Shown: positions 48,449-59,911 of the stretch, one piece after another
Numbering within the stretch: the first letter of the stretch is position 1
Layout of the letters: every line of letters starts with the position of its first letter
IMG/VR virus record: IMGVR_UViG_3300045391_004554
Coordinates: 1-64,000 of that record
DNA: 64,000 nucleotides
Source: a virus
Reading direction: 5' to 3' (one strand)
Notes under the pieces: generated by a model
What the model was told of the DNA's origin: nothing
The model's input: the letters and a program-made list of their open reading frames with translations, nothing else
Database searches by the model: none
Made by a program: the position numbers and the translations under genes

Positions 48449-51400
48449 TTCTTTTTCTTTTGCAGTTCACCCTCTTTTACCAACGCGTCCAACCCATATT
48501 TTTCGATCAGTTTTGCCTTGGCAACGTTTGACGCGGTAGTCGAGGCGCGTTTGCTATCAACCCCTTTTGCCATCAACTCATTAGCGTAACTCTCTTTGAT
48601 CTTTTCATAGTATTCCTGGTGATCAGTCCCAAGCTGGATAACTTTTGAACCTACCTTTAATGGACCTGGTTTACTGATATCCTCGTAGTTTGGTTCATGA
48701 AACTTACTGGCCAATGAGAATTCTACCTGCTTCCTGATTGACTCAATAGAACGATTCAGATCCGCATCATTCATTCCTGACATGGCTAACATATTAGATA
48801 AGAAGCTGGTAGCCATTACCGATTTCTGATACGGGGTTATATTTACCGGAACACCGTACTTGTCATTATTGTTTATAAATCCGCGATAAATATCTTTCAT
48901 TAAGTCCCCGTTACCGTTCCATGCAGCACCAAGCATACCGTAGTTATTGGCATCCTGAACCTGTTGGGTCGGGCTGATATTTGGTTCATAGAAGAACTTA
49001 CTGTTAGTCAGATCATTTATTCCCCGCTGGGCCAAATCCTGCGGCGCATTCCCCAGACCGCCAAAGAAGTAATTACCCAAGGTATTGGTGTACCATTTCT
49101 GAAAAGCATCATCCTTCATTTTTTCCAGCTTTTGATCAACCTTTCCCAAAGCCTCCTGTTTTTCTTTGTCGGTACCGAACAAACTGGCAAGCGCATACGT
49201 AATGCCTCGTGTTGCCAAGGAAGTTACGCCATAACCTATTACAAGCTTTAAACCTTGGAAGAATGCCTCTTCTGTTAGAGCTCCGACCAAAGACATAGCC
49301 GCTGTCTTAGCCTCTATTTTCCGGTAGTTCTCGTCGACGAAAGTATCCTTGCTCGCCAGGGTCCTGTAGTTTTCTACCATCGTCTGGAACTTGTGCAGGT
49401 TGAACGAACCAAATGGCAGTATAAAGGCTTTCACCAGACGATCACCAAACGCACCGCTGTTCAGGAACTTCGATCTGGCAGCTTTTGTATTTTCGTTTAG
49501 TTGCTTTGAAGTCATTGACTCCGCAAATTCTGCAGCTTCCCGGTTTGGATGAGCAGCTTCTTTGGCCCAATCAATATCCTCGAATTTTTTACCTTCGGTA
49601 TCAATGATATGTTTGGCATAATAAGTCACCCATGCCCACTCGCCAGATTTAACGTCCCCCCATTTGATCGGCTTTGTGAAAAACTTTTCCTCATGGGCTC
49701 CATTCTCCTCCAGGTGTTTGAAGTACCTGTTAAAGAAACTCGTAGCCGATTTGATGTGCTGATCGACGATGTTATTTACGTCAGATATCCCTTCCAGATT
49801 AAGGGTATTTAATTGGGCCAGGTTCTCAGCACGCTCCCCGATAGCATGATCTTTCAGTAGCTTTTGAACGGACTCACTACTCATCTGCTGAATAGCCTTA
49901 TACATCAGCGGCGCATCAAATCCTGTTGTGGCCAGCGTATTAAAGATGGTGGCTCCCCCTTGCTTTGCCAGCGCAGATAAACTTAATAGCTGCTTAAAAG
50001 TACCCGCCTTGGTAATGAAGTTGAGCCCCTCCTTAACAATCCGGAGTTCCTTTTCACCCATGGTATTGTTAAGGCCCATGCTGTTGAGCACGTAGTCACG
50101 TATGGTGTTTTTGTAAAGCGTGTGATTTTCATTACCCAACGCATCGCGGAGGTCGCGATTTTTAATGGCTGAGTCAAATATCTGCCGCGCTTTTAAAGTG
50201 TGAATGTCTTCGAGCTGGTTCTTGATATTCTGATTTTGAACATCAAAGAAATTCAGGTTGAGAACCTTTTGCTTTTCGCCAGACTTGGTAGCAAGCGGAT
50301 CTCCTTTAACACGTTGCAAGGTACTTGTAGAACCCTCAGTCGTGTTTTGGTTGGTCGCAGTAAATCCCAGCTCATCAGGTCCTACCACATCGATCAAACC
50401 GGAGTTAAGGAAACGATAACCATCCCGCATATGATTGTTCCATCCCTCATAGTTTTGATTAAGCTGGCGCTCCACTACGTCGCGGTGCCTGTCTCTTAAC
50501 TGCTCATCGGCATCCCGGTAAGTATCATATATCTTCTTCTCACCCTCGTTCAGGAATGGCAAATCTTTTATGTCAGCATATTTAAGACCGGACAACTCCT
50601 GTTTATTCATTATATCAATACCGGTAGCTTCCTTTATTTTTTGGGCAAAACCATTCCATACTTCCCTTTCGATAGCCGCCTCACCATTGTCTTTTTTCAG
50701 GCCCTCTTCGCTCTTTAACGCCATATCTTTATTGATCGAACTTATACGTTTAACGAGCTCTTTATTCTGCTGATCGGGCGAAGAGAATTCCCTGTTCTGA
50801 TTAAAGTATGAATACAGAGATAGGCGCTGGATTGACTCCGGGCTATTGGCAATCTCAGGATGCTCTTTGAATATGGCATGGATCTTCTTACCTATCAGAT
50901 TATCGTACTCTTGCTTTGCTTTGGCGAAACCGTTCCTGATCTCATCGAAGTGAGTCCCGGTATTGAGTTTATTCAGGAAAGTAAAGTCATTATTGGCTAT
51001 CCTGGTCATGATCACCGATAGCGCAGCACCACGGCTTCTCAGTTCACCCAACTTTGTTTTAAACCGGCCCTCTTTAGCGCCGCGTCCTCGCTCTTCCAGG
51101 TAGTTTACCAGCTTCAAAGCTCCCTCATCACTATTGCCAATTGCCTTAGCTTCGAATATGCCTATGCCATTATGATTGTCATTCAGCAACACATTTTCCA
51201 GCACGTTATTGTATAGGCGAAGATTATCGGCAGTCTCTCCATCCAATGGTACGTTTTTTAGCGTCTCCAAACTTTCTTTTTGTTCAGGAGAAAGACCAGG
51301 ATCTTCGGTATTAATAGCATCTTGCTTAGCTTTCGCAATGTCCTCCAGGTTGTCTCGCAATGATTCCCGGTCGGAAGAGGACCCAGTTTGGATATCCTCC

Positions 51401-54400
51401 AATATTTTATCAAAGTCCTCCGGCTGGCCGGTTACTTCGTTGGTTATCGGATCGATTGACTTCCTTAAACCTGCATCGTACTCATCCAACGCATCGCTGA
51501 TCTCACCAAGCTTTTTTACCTTTTCATTATGAGTCAGCTCCGGATCACGAACAATTCTTTGAATACGTTTTTGAATATCGTAATCGTCTGGTAACGTGCT
51601 TCCTTTTTGCTCTGATACAGCCGCATATTGAGGGCTTTCCTCTATTGAATTACGGGTATCGACAATATCATTGCCGCGTTGCTTAATATCAAATTCGCGT
51701 TCTTTATTAATATAGTCGTTGATCTGGTTTTCGTCAGCCAATGGGATTGACTTGGCACGCTGAGAGTCGTTTATATCCTTTAGGAAAGTTTTAAGTTCCT
51801 TGGGGTTTTCTACCCGGTTAGGATTTAAACTGGTTAGCTCCCTGATCAATGATTTTATATTAGCAGGAACATAATCCTTATTGAGTAATCCTTTGGCCTC
51901 CTTGATCAGCTTCCGGTTCTCGCCTAAATCACGCATGTAATCTACGCTTGTAACTGCCTTAGACACAAAATCCCTGAATTTATCCAGCCCCTTTTCGGTG
52001 GTAATTTTGTTGACCTGGTTGGCGAAAGCAAGTACATCGCGGTCGTTGAACTTAACGCCACCTAACACGCCGCTCATATGAAGCGAAGTGAGTATCCCAT
52101 TTACTTCATTACGGATATTCTGAAACTGCGATTTCAGCTTTTCGGTTTGCTCCTGGCGCAGGTTTTTCTCCGCATCTACCTTTTCCTGGTAACGGGTGCG
52201 CAATTCCGAAAGACGCTTTTGAGTTTCTCCCTTTTTATACGAATCATATTCCAGGAATGCCTGCTTGGTAGCTTCTTTATAATCCGCTAATTTATCAGCT
52301 GAAGCTTTCTTCTCAGCCTTTAATTTTTCCTGCCATTTGGCTTTCAGATCAGACAGGTTCTTTTTGGCAACATCCTTACGATATTTGTCATACTCTAAAA
52401 ATGCCTGCTTCTTTTCTTCGCGTACGCTGCGAACGCCTTCCTGGAAAGCCCTGTTAAGCTCTGCAATTTTTTCACGTACCGGCTTAAACAAACGGTTCAG
52501 TTCGTTCCTGGTACGACCTTGTGGATTATTATATTGATCGCGCTTCCATTCACCAAGGCGACGGGCATATTCTGCCATTGTCTCACCCGGATTGCGGTCC
52601 GGTTTTTTCATCTGGAACTCGTTGGCGCCATTAACCTGGTCGCTTCTCAGTTTAGAAATCTCAGTATCCGAAAGCAGGTATTTTGAGTTGATGGTATTCA
52701 GGAATTCCTGCACGCCCATGTTTTTGATATTCTTAAACTTAGAAATATCAAAACCTGTCTTTTCAAGCAAGTAACGTTGGAACTTATTCCAGACGTCATT
52801 TATAAAAGATTTTATAACGCCACGTTTCCCGCTGTTTTTAATAACCTCATCTAAACGTCCGGCACCTTCACGACCAAGCATGGTTACAAATGCCTCATCA
52901 TTCAGCCTTTTGCCTGATAGGAAATATCCATTTTCTTTTAATTCGGAATGAATATCTTTTGCTTCGCTGCCGTAGCGCTGCATAGCCTCGTAAAGTTTTG
53001 GCGCATGCTGTTCGGCCCACCTAGTTAGGATATGGCCGTATTCATGTATTTGCGTATCGCTGTTGATCTTTTCGGGATTGAAGTGCATCACACCATCCTC
53101 GCCAACAAATGCGTTAGGGAGATTGCTGGAATGCACTTCAATGCCATTTTTATTCATGGCATCTTCAAAGCTTTCTACGTTGTCGTGGAAGTTCGCCTCT
53201 ATACCAGGTAATACCTTTTGCAGCAATCCCTTTGCCAGCAGCACTTTCTGCTCCGGTATGGTATCTCCGTTGCTTTTTTGGAACGGAAGATCATCCTCTA
53301 GTTCCTGGGCTGTCCTGTTATCGGCGTTTCCTTCGGCTCCTTGGGTGGTTTCGGCAGTTCCGGTTTTTTCGGTGTTACCGGCACCCTCGGCAGACGCGGC
53401 CTCGTTGTCAGTCCCCAGCCCAGAGCCTTCAGGCTCGTTTGCAGGTTGATCGTTGCTTCTGCCGCCTGGCTCTTGCCCATTCTGTCGTTCAGTGATAAAT
53501 TCATGTACTCGCTTGATTTGGTCCTCGCTCAGCACTGCGCCATCGAAGACAGGGTGAAATATATTAAATACCTCTTCCGGATCTTTTACATACTCGTCAA
53601 ATTGGCTACGCATCTTATCAGCCCACTCAGCGGTTGAAATATTATCGTCCTCGCCAAATGCGTCTTCAAGAATGTCATTAACCAGTTTTGTATTTTCCGG
53701 CCCATGCAGTTCTTCTGAAATTGTTTTCACACCTTCTTTGGTTGCCTCGCCAGCTATTCTTTCCACATTCGTTTTAAAAAGCTTTTTGCCGGTAAGATCA
53801 TAATATCGATCAGCAATTTCCTTTAAAGCTGGATTGCCCTTAGGAGTAAAGAACGTACGTTCACCAGATGGATGATCAATCATGAAGTTGGCGATATCCT
53901 CTGCGTGCACCACCGGGTTGCCGCCAAAATATAGCCGGTTAATCTCATCAGCCTGTAAGTGCAAATCAACATTCTTACCTTCACCTTTAAAATAACTCAT
54001 CCGGATATTAGGAGTTATATTATTGGCGTCGTTGATCTGGGCGAAGTCTTTTGCAGTAGTACGCGGTCCGTACTGGGCTATTGCCGATTGTGGATTGCCA
54101 GTATCATGCAGCTCATGCAGCTTATCCAGGTACATCTGGGCTACATGTTCAGGATGGTCCGTCGCATATAGGCGGTTATCCTTTTCAGCCCGATCAAAGC
54201 GCTCTGGCTCTACACCAAAGAAATCGTGCATCTCCTGGCGCGTGAAATCGTCACTGGTACCATCACTGAAAGTGGCACGATATTTACCGCCAAATAAACC
54301 CTGAATATCTATTAACCCATGGTCTTTTGATTGATAAGTAAATGGCTGACCTATAAGAACGGGCTTCTCTGTTTGCGCAGTGGCATCAGTTCCATTCCCA

Positions 54401-56511
54401 TCTCCAATGGTATGAGCATCTTCCGTTGTGGATATACTTGCATTTCCCTCATTGTTGGATGGAGCTCCTTCATTTCCGGAAGTGCTGATATTATCCGCAA
54501 TAAGTACCGGCGTACTCTTATTTTCTCCGCTAGCTCCAATTCTTTCCTCAGTGGCGGATGCTTCATTCCCTTTTTGAATAATTCCTTGCTCATTAGCTAT
54601 ATTATTTTGTACGATGTGTAACTTTTGCTCTTCCGGAAACCTGGCTATCTCTTCTTTTGAGTAACCCAATCTTTCAAGCTCCTGTTCATAGGGCTCAATT
54701 TCTATGCCAGCCGGTTTAGAAGTTTGCTCCGTGTGATCAAGAAGTTTTTCCTGTGCGTCAGTCCTTGCTTCCACCATGTCAATCAAAGCGTTCATTTCTT
54801 CCGGACTTCCTTCGGCTGCAATATTTGGGTTTGCCTCTGAAAGCACATCGATATGGTTCTGTGCATTCTGCTCACCATCTTTCAGGTTTGCAGTAATACG
54901 CTCATTAACATCTACAGATGGATTAACGGCTTTATGAGCAATATCAGCATTTTCAAGCAGTCTTGTTTTCAGCTCATCTGGCAAATCTGATTTACCGGCA
55001 GCATCAGTAAACCCAAGTATACCATCAGTCTGTATAGTTTGACCGACTGATTTTATGTCAGCTTGCTTTTGCAGTTCCAACTGCTGAAGATGGAGGGTAT
55101 TTTTATCCTGCAGTGTTTGCGCATTCTGGGCTTCTACTCCTTTCCCAAGCGCCATTACCTGCAGCTCATCGGCAGTCTCAGGTCGGCCAAGGGCAGCATG
55201 AATTTCTTCAGGACTCGCTGTAGCAAAATTAGTTATGCTATTGGCCTGTGCCTGCTGCATAACTGAGTTTATATTCTCATTTAACCGGGCCTTTGTATCA
55301 GCCATATCCTGGCCTTTACCAACAGCTTCTATGACATGCTGTGCTTCAAAAGGCAAAGCTGTTGCCGCAGATACACCGGCATTTGTCCAGTCAACCGGAC
55401 GGCCATTAGCAAGGTCCTCTGCTACAGATGATGCCGCGAAAGTGAATGGTGCGGCTACTACTGATTTTAAAGCTTGTTGCGTGACTACCCCATCTGCATT
55501 TACTACTCCTGACTTTACCGCCAAATCAAATAGCTTGCCCCCCAATTGATCAGCGGCGCTCATCTGACCCTCCAGCATAGTTCCGCTTTCTACACCTTCC
55601 TGGGCGCCTTGTAATGTTCCGAATAATGTTGGCAATACGGCGCCATTGCTTTTCTTATAAGCTTCGGTGCCCTGTTCAGCGGCTTTTGTTAAAGTCAGGT
55701 AACGTGTTAAAGGACCGGAAGCCTGCGTAAGTGCATTCTGGAATATTTGGGATTTAGTGAGATAACCACTCGCAGCATCTCCAATAGCATTGAACGCTTG
55801 GCCTTCTGCAGTTGCGCCACCGCTTGCGGCAGCACCTATTACAGCCGGTATAGTTTGAACAACGCCCCCGGCAAGTTTACCACCAAAAGTATCCGGAAGG
55901 GGATTTTCTTTCACTCCGCTGCGCAACCAATCTGAGGCCCAATTGAAAAGATAACCGGCATCGTATTTATTTACTTTTGACGAATCCAACCCCGGAGTTA
56001 CAGCATCCAACAACTTATCTACCGGGCGAACGATTGCTGCTGCAAGATCCGTTACCGGCGCTAAAGCATAGTTGAATTGTGAAACAAGCGATTGTGGAGT
56101 ATAACGCCCTCCTGCTGCTACATCTTCATCCTGGTCTGCTTGGGCTTGACGCTCATAATCTTTATAACCGCGGGGATGATCAACGGCTGAGAGACTTTCA
56201 TCTTCCTGGTTAATTAAGCCTTGGGTTGACTGACGGCTGATCGGCACTCTGCCTGTTGCTATCGAAGCAAGATCCTGCGCTCCGTGTTCCAATAAAGAAG
56301 AACCATTTCCCGTATCTGATGATGACTGGGAAGGCGCGGCGATATTTGATGGCAGCGGAGTAGCATCCGAAAAAGGCGTCGGAACAACGTTCGCGGATGG
56401 GCTTTTTTTTTCAGGGGTAGTTTGATCTTCAACCAATAAATCTGAAGATGGCGGATGCCAAGTTTCAACTTGGGTATCACTTGAAGGAGGTGTCCAACGC
56501 TGCTTTCCCAT
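48445..56511 (-). CDS. Giant (2688 aa) virion/ejected polyvalent protein with zincin-like metallopeptidase motif
   Basis: TQIHEYGH...DEAFV motif; long coiled coil; position after internal virion genes. Confidence 0.75.
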   Translation of the reverse strand: MGKQRWTPPSSDTQVETWHPPSSDLLVEDQTTPEKKSPSANVVPTPFSDATPLPSNIAAPSQSSSDTGNGSSLLEHGAQDLASIATGRVPISRQSTQGLINQEDESLSAVDHPRGYKDYERQAQADQDEDVAAGGRYTPQSLVSQFNYALAPVTDLAAAIVRPVDKLLDAVTPGLDSSKVNKYDAGYLFNWASDWLRSGVKENPLPDTFGGKLAGGVVQTIPAVIGAAASGGATAEGQAFNAIGDAASGYLTKSQIFQNALTQASGPLTRYLTLTKAAEQGTEAYKKSNGAVLPTLFGTLQGAQEGVESGTMLEGQMSAADQLGGKLFDLAVKSGVVNADGVVTQQALKSVVAAPFTFAASSVAEDLANGRPVDWTNAGVSAATALPFEAQHVIEAVGKGQDMADTKARLNENINSVMQQAQANSITNFATASPEEIHAALGRPETADELQVMALGKGVEAQNAQTLQDKNTLHLQQLELQKQADIKSVGQTIQTDGILGFTDAAGKSDLPDELKTRLLENADIAHKAVNPSVDVNERITANLKDGEQNAQNHIDVLSEANPNIAAEGSPEEMNALIDMVEARTDAQEKLLDHTEQTSKPAGIEIEPYEQELERLGYSKEEIARFPEEQKLHIVQNNIANEQGIIQKGNEASATEERIGASGENKSTPVLIADNISTSGNEGAPSNNEGNASISTTEDAHTIGDGNGTDATAQTEKPVLIGQPFTYQSKDHGLIDIQGLFGGKYRATFSDGTSDDFTRQEMHDFFGVEPERFDRAEKDNRLYATDHPEHVAQMYLDKLHELHDTGNPQSAIAQYGPRTTAKDFAQINDANNITPNIRMSYFKGEGKNVDLHLQADEINRLYFGGNPVVHAEDIANFMIDHPSGERTFFTPKGNPALKEIADRYYDLTGKKLFKTNVERIAGEATKEGVKTISEELHGPENTKLVNDILEDAFGEDDNISTAEWADKMRSQFDEYVKDPEEVFNIFHPVFDGAVLSEDQIKRVHEFITERQNGQEPGGRSNDQPANEPEGSGLGTDNEAASAEGAGNTEKTGTAETTQGAEGNADNRTAQELEDDLPFQKSNGDTIPEQKVLLAKGLLQKVLPGIEANFHDNVESFEDAMNKNGIEVHSSNLPNAFVGEDGVMHFNPEKINSDTQIHEYGHILTRWAEQHAPKLYEAMQRYGSEAKDIHSELKENGYFLSGKRLNDEAFVTMLGREGAGRLDEVIKNSGKRGVIKSFINDVWNKFQRYLLEKTGFDISKFKNIKNMGVQEFLNTINSKYLLSDTEISKLRSDQVNGANEFQMKKPDRNPGETMAEYARRLGEWKRDQYNNPQGRTRNELNRLFKPVREKIAELNRAFQEGVRSVREEKKQAFLEYDKYRKDVAKKNLSDLKAKWQEKLKAEKKASADKLADYKEATKQAFLEYDSYKKGETQKRLSELRTRYQEKVDAEKNLRQEQTEKLKSQFQNIRNEVNGILTSLHMSGVLGGVKFNDRDVLAFANQVNKITTEKGLDKFRDFVSKAVTSVDYMRDLGENRKLIKEAKGLLNKDYVPANIKSLIRELTSLNPNRVENPKELKTFLKDINDSQRAKSIPLADENQINDYINKEREFDIKQRGNDIVDTRNSIEESPQYAAVSEQKGSTLPDDYDIQKRIQRIVRDPELTHNEKVKKLGEISDALDEYDAGLRKSIDPITNEVTGQPEDFDKILEDIQTGSSSDRESLRDNLEDIAKAKQDAINTEDPGLSPEQKESLETLKNVPLDGETADNLRLYNNVLENVLLNDNHNGIGIFEAKAIGNSDEGALKLVNYLEERGRGAKEGRFKTKLGELRSRGAALSVIMTRIANNDFTFLNKLNTGTHFDEIRNGFAKAKQEYDNLIGKKIHAIFKEHPEIANSPESIQRLSLYSYFNQNREFSSPDQQNKELVKRISSINKDMALKSEEGLKKDNGEAAIEREVWNGFAQKIKEATGIDIMNKQELSGLKYADIKDLPFLNEGEKKIYDTYRDADEQLRDRHRDVVERQLNQNYEGWNNHMRDGYRFLNSGLIDVVGPDELGFTATNQNTTEGSTSTLQRVKGDPLATKSGEKQKVLNLNFFDVQNQNIKNQLEDIHTLKARQIFDSAIKNRDLRDALGNENHTLYKNTIRDYVLNSMGLNNTMGEKELRIVKEGLNFITKAGTFKQLLSLSALAKQGGATIFNTLATTGFDAPLMYKAIQQMSSESVQKLLKDHAIGERAENLAQLNTLNLEGISDVNNIVDQHIKSATSFFNRYFKHLEENGAHEEKFFTKPIKWGDVKSGEWAWVTYYAKHIIDTEGKKFEDIDWAKEAAHPNREAAEFAESMTSKQLNENTKAARSKFLNSGAFGDRLVKAFILPFGSFNLHKFQTMVENYRTLASKDTFVDENYRKIEAKTAAMSLVGALTEEAFFQGLKLVIGYGVTSLATRGITYALASLFGTDKEKQEALGKVDQKLEKMKDDAFQKWYTNTLGNYFFGGLGNAPQDLAQRGINDLTNSKFFYEPNISPTQQVQDANNYGMLGAAWNGNGDLMKDIYRGFINNNDKYGVPVNITPYQKSVMATSFLSNMLAMSGMNDADLNRSIESIRKQVEFSLASKFHEPNYEDISKPGPLKVGSKVIQLGTDHQEYYEKIKESYANELMAKGVDSKRASTTASNVAKAKLIEKYGLDALVKEGELQKKKK

Positions 56512-58157
56512 TATTTTTTTGTATAGGTCTTACCATCAGGCGCTATGTATTGCGCACCTTTTGGAAGCGATTTATATTGTTCATCACTGGATACCTGAGG
56601 CAATGTTGATGCTTGACTACTTGGATTCACAAGCGCTTTCAACTTCTCAATATCAGGACTATCGGAACCAGTATTTTTTTGCAGCCATTCACGCGATGCT
56701 TGCGATACTTGCGGAGCATATTTCTCACCAAGGACATGATCAAGATCATCATAAAATTTTTCTCGTGGAATATACATTTGATGGATACGGCCATTTTGAT
56801 TATTCTTAATTGTAATTAAAGCCGTTCCATTGTTAGCCACTCTATTCCCAATAACTGTTTCTTTAGGGACCATTTCTTCATATTGTCCTTCTGCTGTATT
56901 TTTATCTCCGACTATATGCTTAACCTTCGCATTATCCCCATAAATATTCTGAAGCACCTCATTAGGTATATTTCTACCATAGCTTGCGTTGTTTAATGCC
57001 TCTTGTGTCAATCTATCCATTACGGCTATTTTATCAGTAGGCGTTCTATTAGGATCATTATTAATCCGATTTAAATCAACTGGCTGAATGTTATCCGTCC
57101 CTGTTCCTGTAAAGAAATCATGATACAACTTATTCTTGTATTCTCCAACAGCATTCTTATCAAACTTGGCATCCTTACCTTTTAAACCGGCGATCTCCAA
57201 TTGATTTTCACGATTGAGTTCATTTTGATGCGCTTGGAATGCCTCTTCCATTGAAAGATTCTTTCGGGTCTGAGCGCCCTGAGCGGCGATAGTGCCATAT
57301 TGGTTTTCATCAAGTTTAGCCTTTTCCTGCTGATCAGGAGTCATCAAAGCAAGAGCTTGCGTATTGCTCCACTTCTGCGGATCATTGCCGTATTGTGCCT
57401 TGTCTTCGGGACTTAACTGGTTCCAGGCATTGAGCATTGCTGCACGCGCTGTACGCCCATAAGAATCGTCCGAACTTAATAAAGTATTATAAGCCTTTAA
57501 ATAATCCGGGGCCGCAGCTTTTAAACCTTCTTGGGTGAATACATATTTACCATCAGTTGTCGCAGTAGCATATTTTTGCTTTACTGCATCATAGGCTTTT
57601 TTTGCAATGTCTGCCGGGTTGAAAACATAAGCCGGGTTTAAAGCGAACGGCCTCCGTTGGCCGAGCGGCGTGTTCCAATAGTCCTGTACTTTCTTCTGGT
57701 AATCTTCCGTATTAAAATCAGGATGTGCCTGGACGAACTTGTTATTCTCTTCCATAATACCGCGATCCATCTGGCTTTGCGATATTTGGCTTCTTAACGC
57801 AGCTTCCCTAGCCATCAAACTGGCAGCAAGTTCTTTATTTTTTAAAGGGTTCTGAATGACATCGTAGTTATCCGAAATATCTTTAGCCAGGTTAATATAT
57901 TGATTTGACAAAGGGTCATAATCTCCGGGCGCCAGGTTTTTTAAATCGATGTTCCGAAAGTTATTCAGGTAATCCTGCATGCGTTGGTTGTGCACTTCAG
58001 CAAGATATTTATTTGCACCTGCCTGTAAATTAGCTGCATTTTGTAAATAAGCTAAAGCGGTATTATTTTCCGGAAGTATAGCGTCAGTGCCAAATCCGCC
58101 CTGGGCAAGATCGGCATCTCCTTTGATGTTTGCTATTTCGCTCAGTGATACCGCCAT
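56511..58157 (-). CDS. Putative internal virion/ejection protein
   Basis: Helical Q/N/A-rich; C-terminal LPKGAQYIAPDG motif; podovirus gene order. Confidence 0.6.
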   Translation of the reverse strand: MAVSLSEIANIKGDADLAQGGFGTDAILPENNTALAYLQNAANLQAGANKYLAEVHNQRMQDYLNNFRNIDLKNLAPGDYDPLSNQYINLAKDISDNYDVIQNPLKNKELAASLMAREAALRSQISQSQMDRGIMEENNKFVQAHPDFNTEDYQKKVQDYWNTPLGQRRPFALNPAYVFNPADIAKKAYDAVKQKYATATTDGKYVFTQEGLKAAAPDYLKAYNTLLSSDDSYGRTARAAMLNAWNQLSPEDKAQYGNDPQKWSNTQALALMTPDQQEKAKLDENQYGTIAAQGAQTRKNLSMEEAFQAHQNELNRENQLEIAGLKGKDAKFDKNAVGEYKNKLYHDFFTGTGTDNIQPVDLNRINNDPNRTPTDKIAVMDRLTQEALNNASYGRNIPNEVLQNIYGDNAKVKHIVGDKNTAEGQYEEMVPKETVIGNRVANNGTALITIKNNQNGRIHQMYIPREKFYDDLDHVLGEKYAPQVSQASREWLQKNTGSDSPDIEKLKALVNPSSQASTLPQVSSDEQYKSLPKGAQYIAPDGKTYTKK

Positions 58158-58960
58158 TACAGTGTAGGGCTTAAGTAGTCATACATTCCACTAAAATAAG
58201 GGCTATCCTTATACTTGCTAATGATATCACCCATAGCAACATTCCTTGTAGAATTAATTGCATCTTCTGGAATCTGATTTGATAGCGTTATCGGGCCAAC
58301 GCCAGCAGATGAAGTAGTCAATTCCGGCATAGCACCTTGTTCTCTTCCAAGCGCCAGTGCATCTGCAGCACCACCCGCAGTACCTCCAGCTTTATCGGCA
58401 AAGTTTGTTCTCCCCGAAGTATAGCTGTTGATTGCTCCCACTACCGTATTCAGCCCATCGTTAACACCCTGCTGGCCTGCAGTTTTCTCACCGGCAATGG
58501 CCTTTGCTTCATCCTTAAATGGCTCGTATTTGTCAAGCGCCCATTTTTGAGTTTCCTGATCCGCAAGTGCGCGATTGGCCTCCATCAAGGTTTGCAGTTT
58601 TTGCGTACGCAACTGATCGCCTGTAGATGCTAATTGGTTTTGTCCGCGCAGGAAGGAATCATAAAGATTGCCAATAGCATTAGGGCCTTGACCGGTTTGG
58701 AGTGCTGCTCCAATACCGGTCGTCAACCCACGCTCTGCATTAGTATTGTAATAGTTTTTCTCAGCATCAGATAAGCCGGTTGAGGCCATACTGGATGCTA
58801 AGTTCTGGTTATCGTAATATTGTTGCTGGATAGGATAGGTCGGCCTGATATTTAACTTAGCACGGTTACGCGCATCAGAAATCTGGCTATTGCCTTTTAA
58901 GGTTTTATATATGCCCAGTCCGGCTGTCGCTGCGGCGGATGCTCCAAGGAACCATGTCAT
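58157..58960 (-). CDS. Putative internal virion/ejection protein
   Basis: Gly/Ala-rich hydrophobic N-terminus. Confidence 0.6.
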   Translation of the reverse strand: MTWFLGASAAATAGLGIYKTLKGNSQISDARNRAKLNIRPTYPIQQQYYDNQNLASSMASTGLSDAEKNYYNTNAERGLTTGIGAALQTGQGPNAIGNLYDSFLRGQNQLASTGDQLRTQKLQTLMEANRALADQETQKWALDKYEPFKDEAKAIAGEKTAGQQGVNDGLNTVVGAINSYTSGRTNFADKAGGTAGGAADALALGREQGAMPELTTSSAGVGPITLSNQIPEDAINSTRNVAMGDIISKYKDSPYFSGMYDYLSPTL

Positions 58961-59460
58961 GCTATTTCCCTCACTTCTGATGAATCAATTAAAGGATTAA
59001 CCCGTTTCAAAATAATATCCTCTTCCACCAGGGCGACGGCTTTTAAAATCTCTTCTTCCGAATCATCTTTTGGAAAATGATCTGTAGGATGAAATGTAAG
59101 CCAAACGCAATCTGTCACCGTCCTTAGTACTCTTCTTGTGTCCGGTTCCGTGATACCACGCTCCGGCGATGTAACCAGCTTCCAACCTGTATGCTTAGTG
59201 AACACCAATACAATCCCTAAAAGTGACACCCATTGATGTTGTGTGTTATGACATTTACTTATTACTTCTGTACCGGCAGGCATAAATAATTCCCGGCAAT
59301 ACAGCCCTTTGGTAAACGTATGCTTTGCCTTTAACTGGATCTGTGGCCGCGACAAAATAGTTGCTTCCACCATATCCAGAACCTCGTCAACGCTGTAGCG
59401 CTCCTCCTTTATTGGGGTATCTTCTGCAACTTCATTTTCGAGGGTTATAACGTCTTCCAT
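58957..59460 (-). CDS. Cupin-fold podovirus protein
   Basis: H.F..GLY.RE.FMPAG....K.H...H. Confidence 0.75.
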   Translation of the reverse strand: MEDVITLENEVAEDTPIKEERYSVDEVLDMVEATILSRPQIQLKAKHTFTKGLYCRELFMPAGTEVISKCHNTQHQWVSLLGIVLVFTKHTGWKLVTSPERGITEPDTRRVLRTVTDCVWLTFHPTDHFPKDDSEEEILKAVALVEEDIILKRVNPLIDSSEVREIA

Positions 59461-59464
59461 TTTA

Positions 59465-59911
59465 TTAATTAGAGGCTGCTAAAATTAACACATTTTTTCC
59501 GGAATAATCAAGTTTTGGCGTAGCAACTTGTTGGGCATCCTGAGTGGTTAATATATCAGGATCAATATTGTTCACACCCGTGCTATTAAAATGCCCGTAG
59601 GCAAATACCTGCTGCACCAAAGTATTGAAATCCGCCAGCAAATCTTTGGTCCTGCATTGCTTCCGAATATACCAGGCGTTAAGCACTCCAGTTACCGGAG
59701 TAATGGCAAACCAACCCATCAAAGCACCATCTGGCATTTCCAGCTTATAGAAATTTGTGTCAGTCGCAAATGAAGCTAAAGCATTCGAAACGGCAATATC
59801 CAAAGCCAAAGCAGCATTGTTATTCAGAGTTTTCAGAAATGTTAAATCCTCAGAATACATAGCCCTGATTAATGTTGCTTTATCTTTGGTTAGTACTTTG
59901 TGTAACTGCAT
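59465..59911 (-). CDS. Putative GNAT-like protein
   Basis: MGWFA...LNAWYIRKQCR; position typical of podovirus acetyltransferase-like genes. Confidence 0.4.
   Translation of the reverse strand: MQLHKVLTKDKATLIRAMYSEDLTFLKTLNNNAALALDIAVSNALASFATDTNFYKLEMPDGALMGWFAITPVTGVLNAWYIRKQCRTKDLLADFNTLVQQVFAYGHFNSTGVNNIDPDILTTQDAQQVATPKLDYSGKNVLILAASN

Noticed and set aside
48445-56511. crAss-type virion RNA polymerase
   Set aside because: No DxDxD catalytic motif in a credible context was seen
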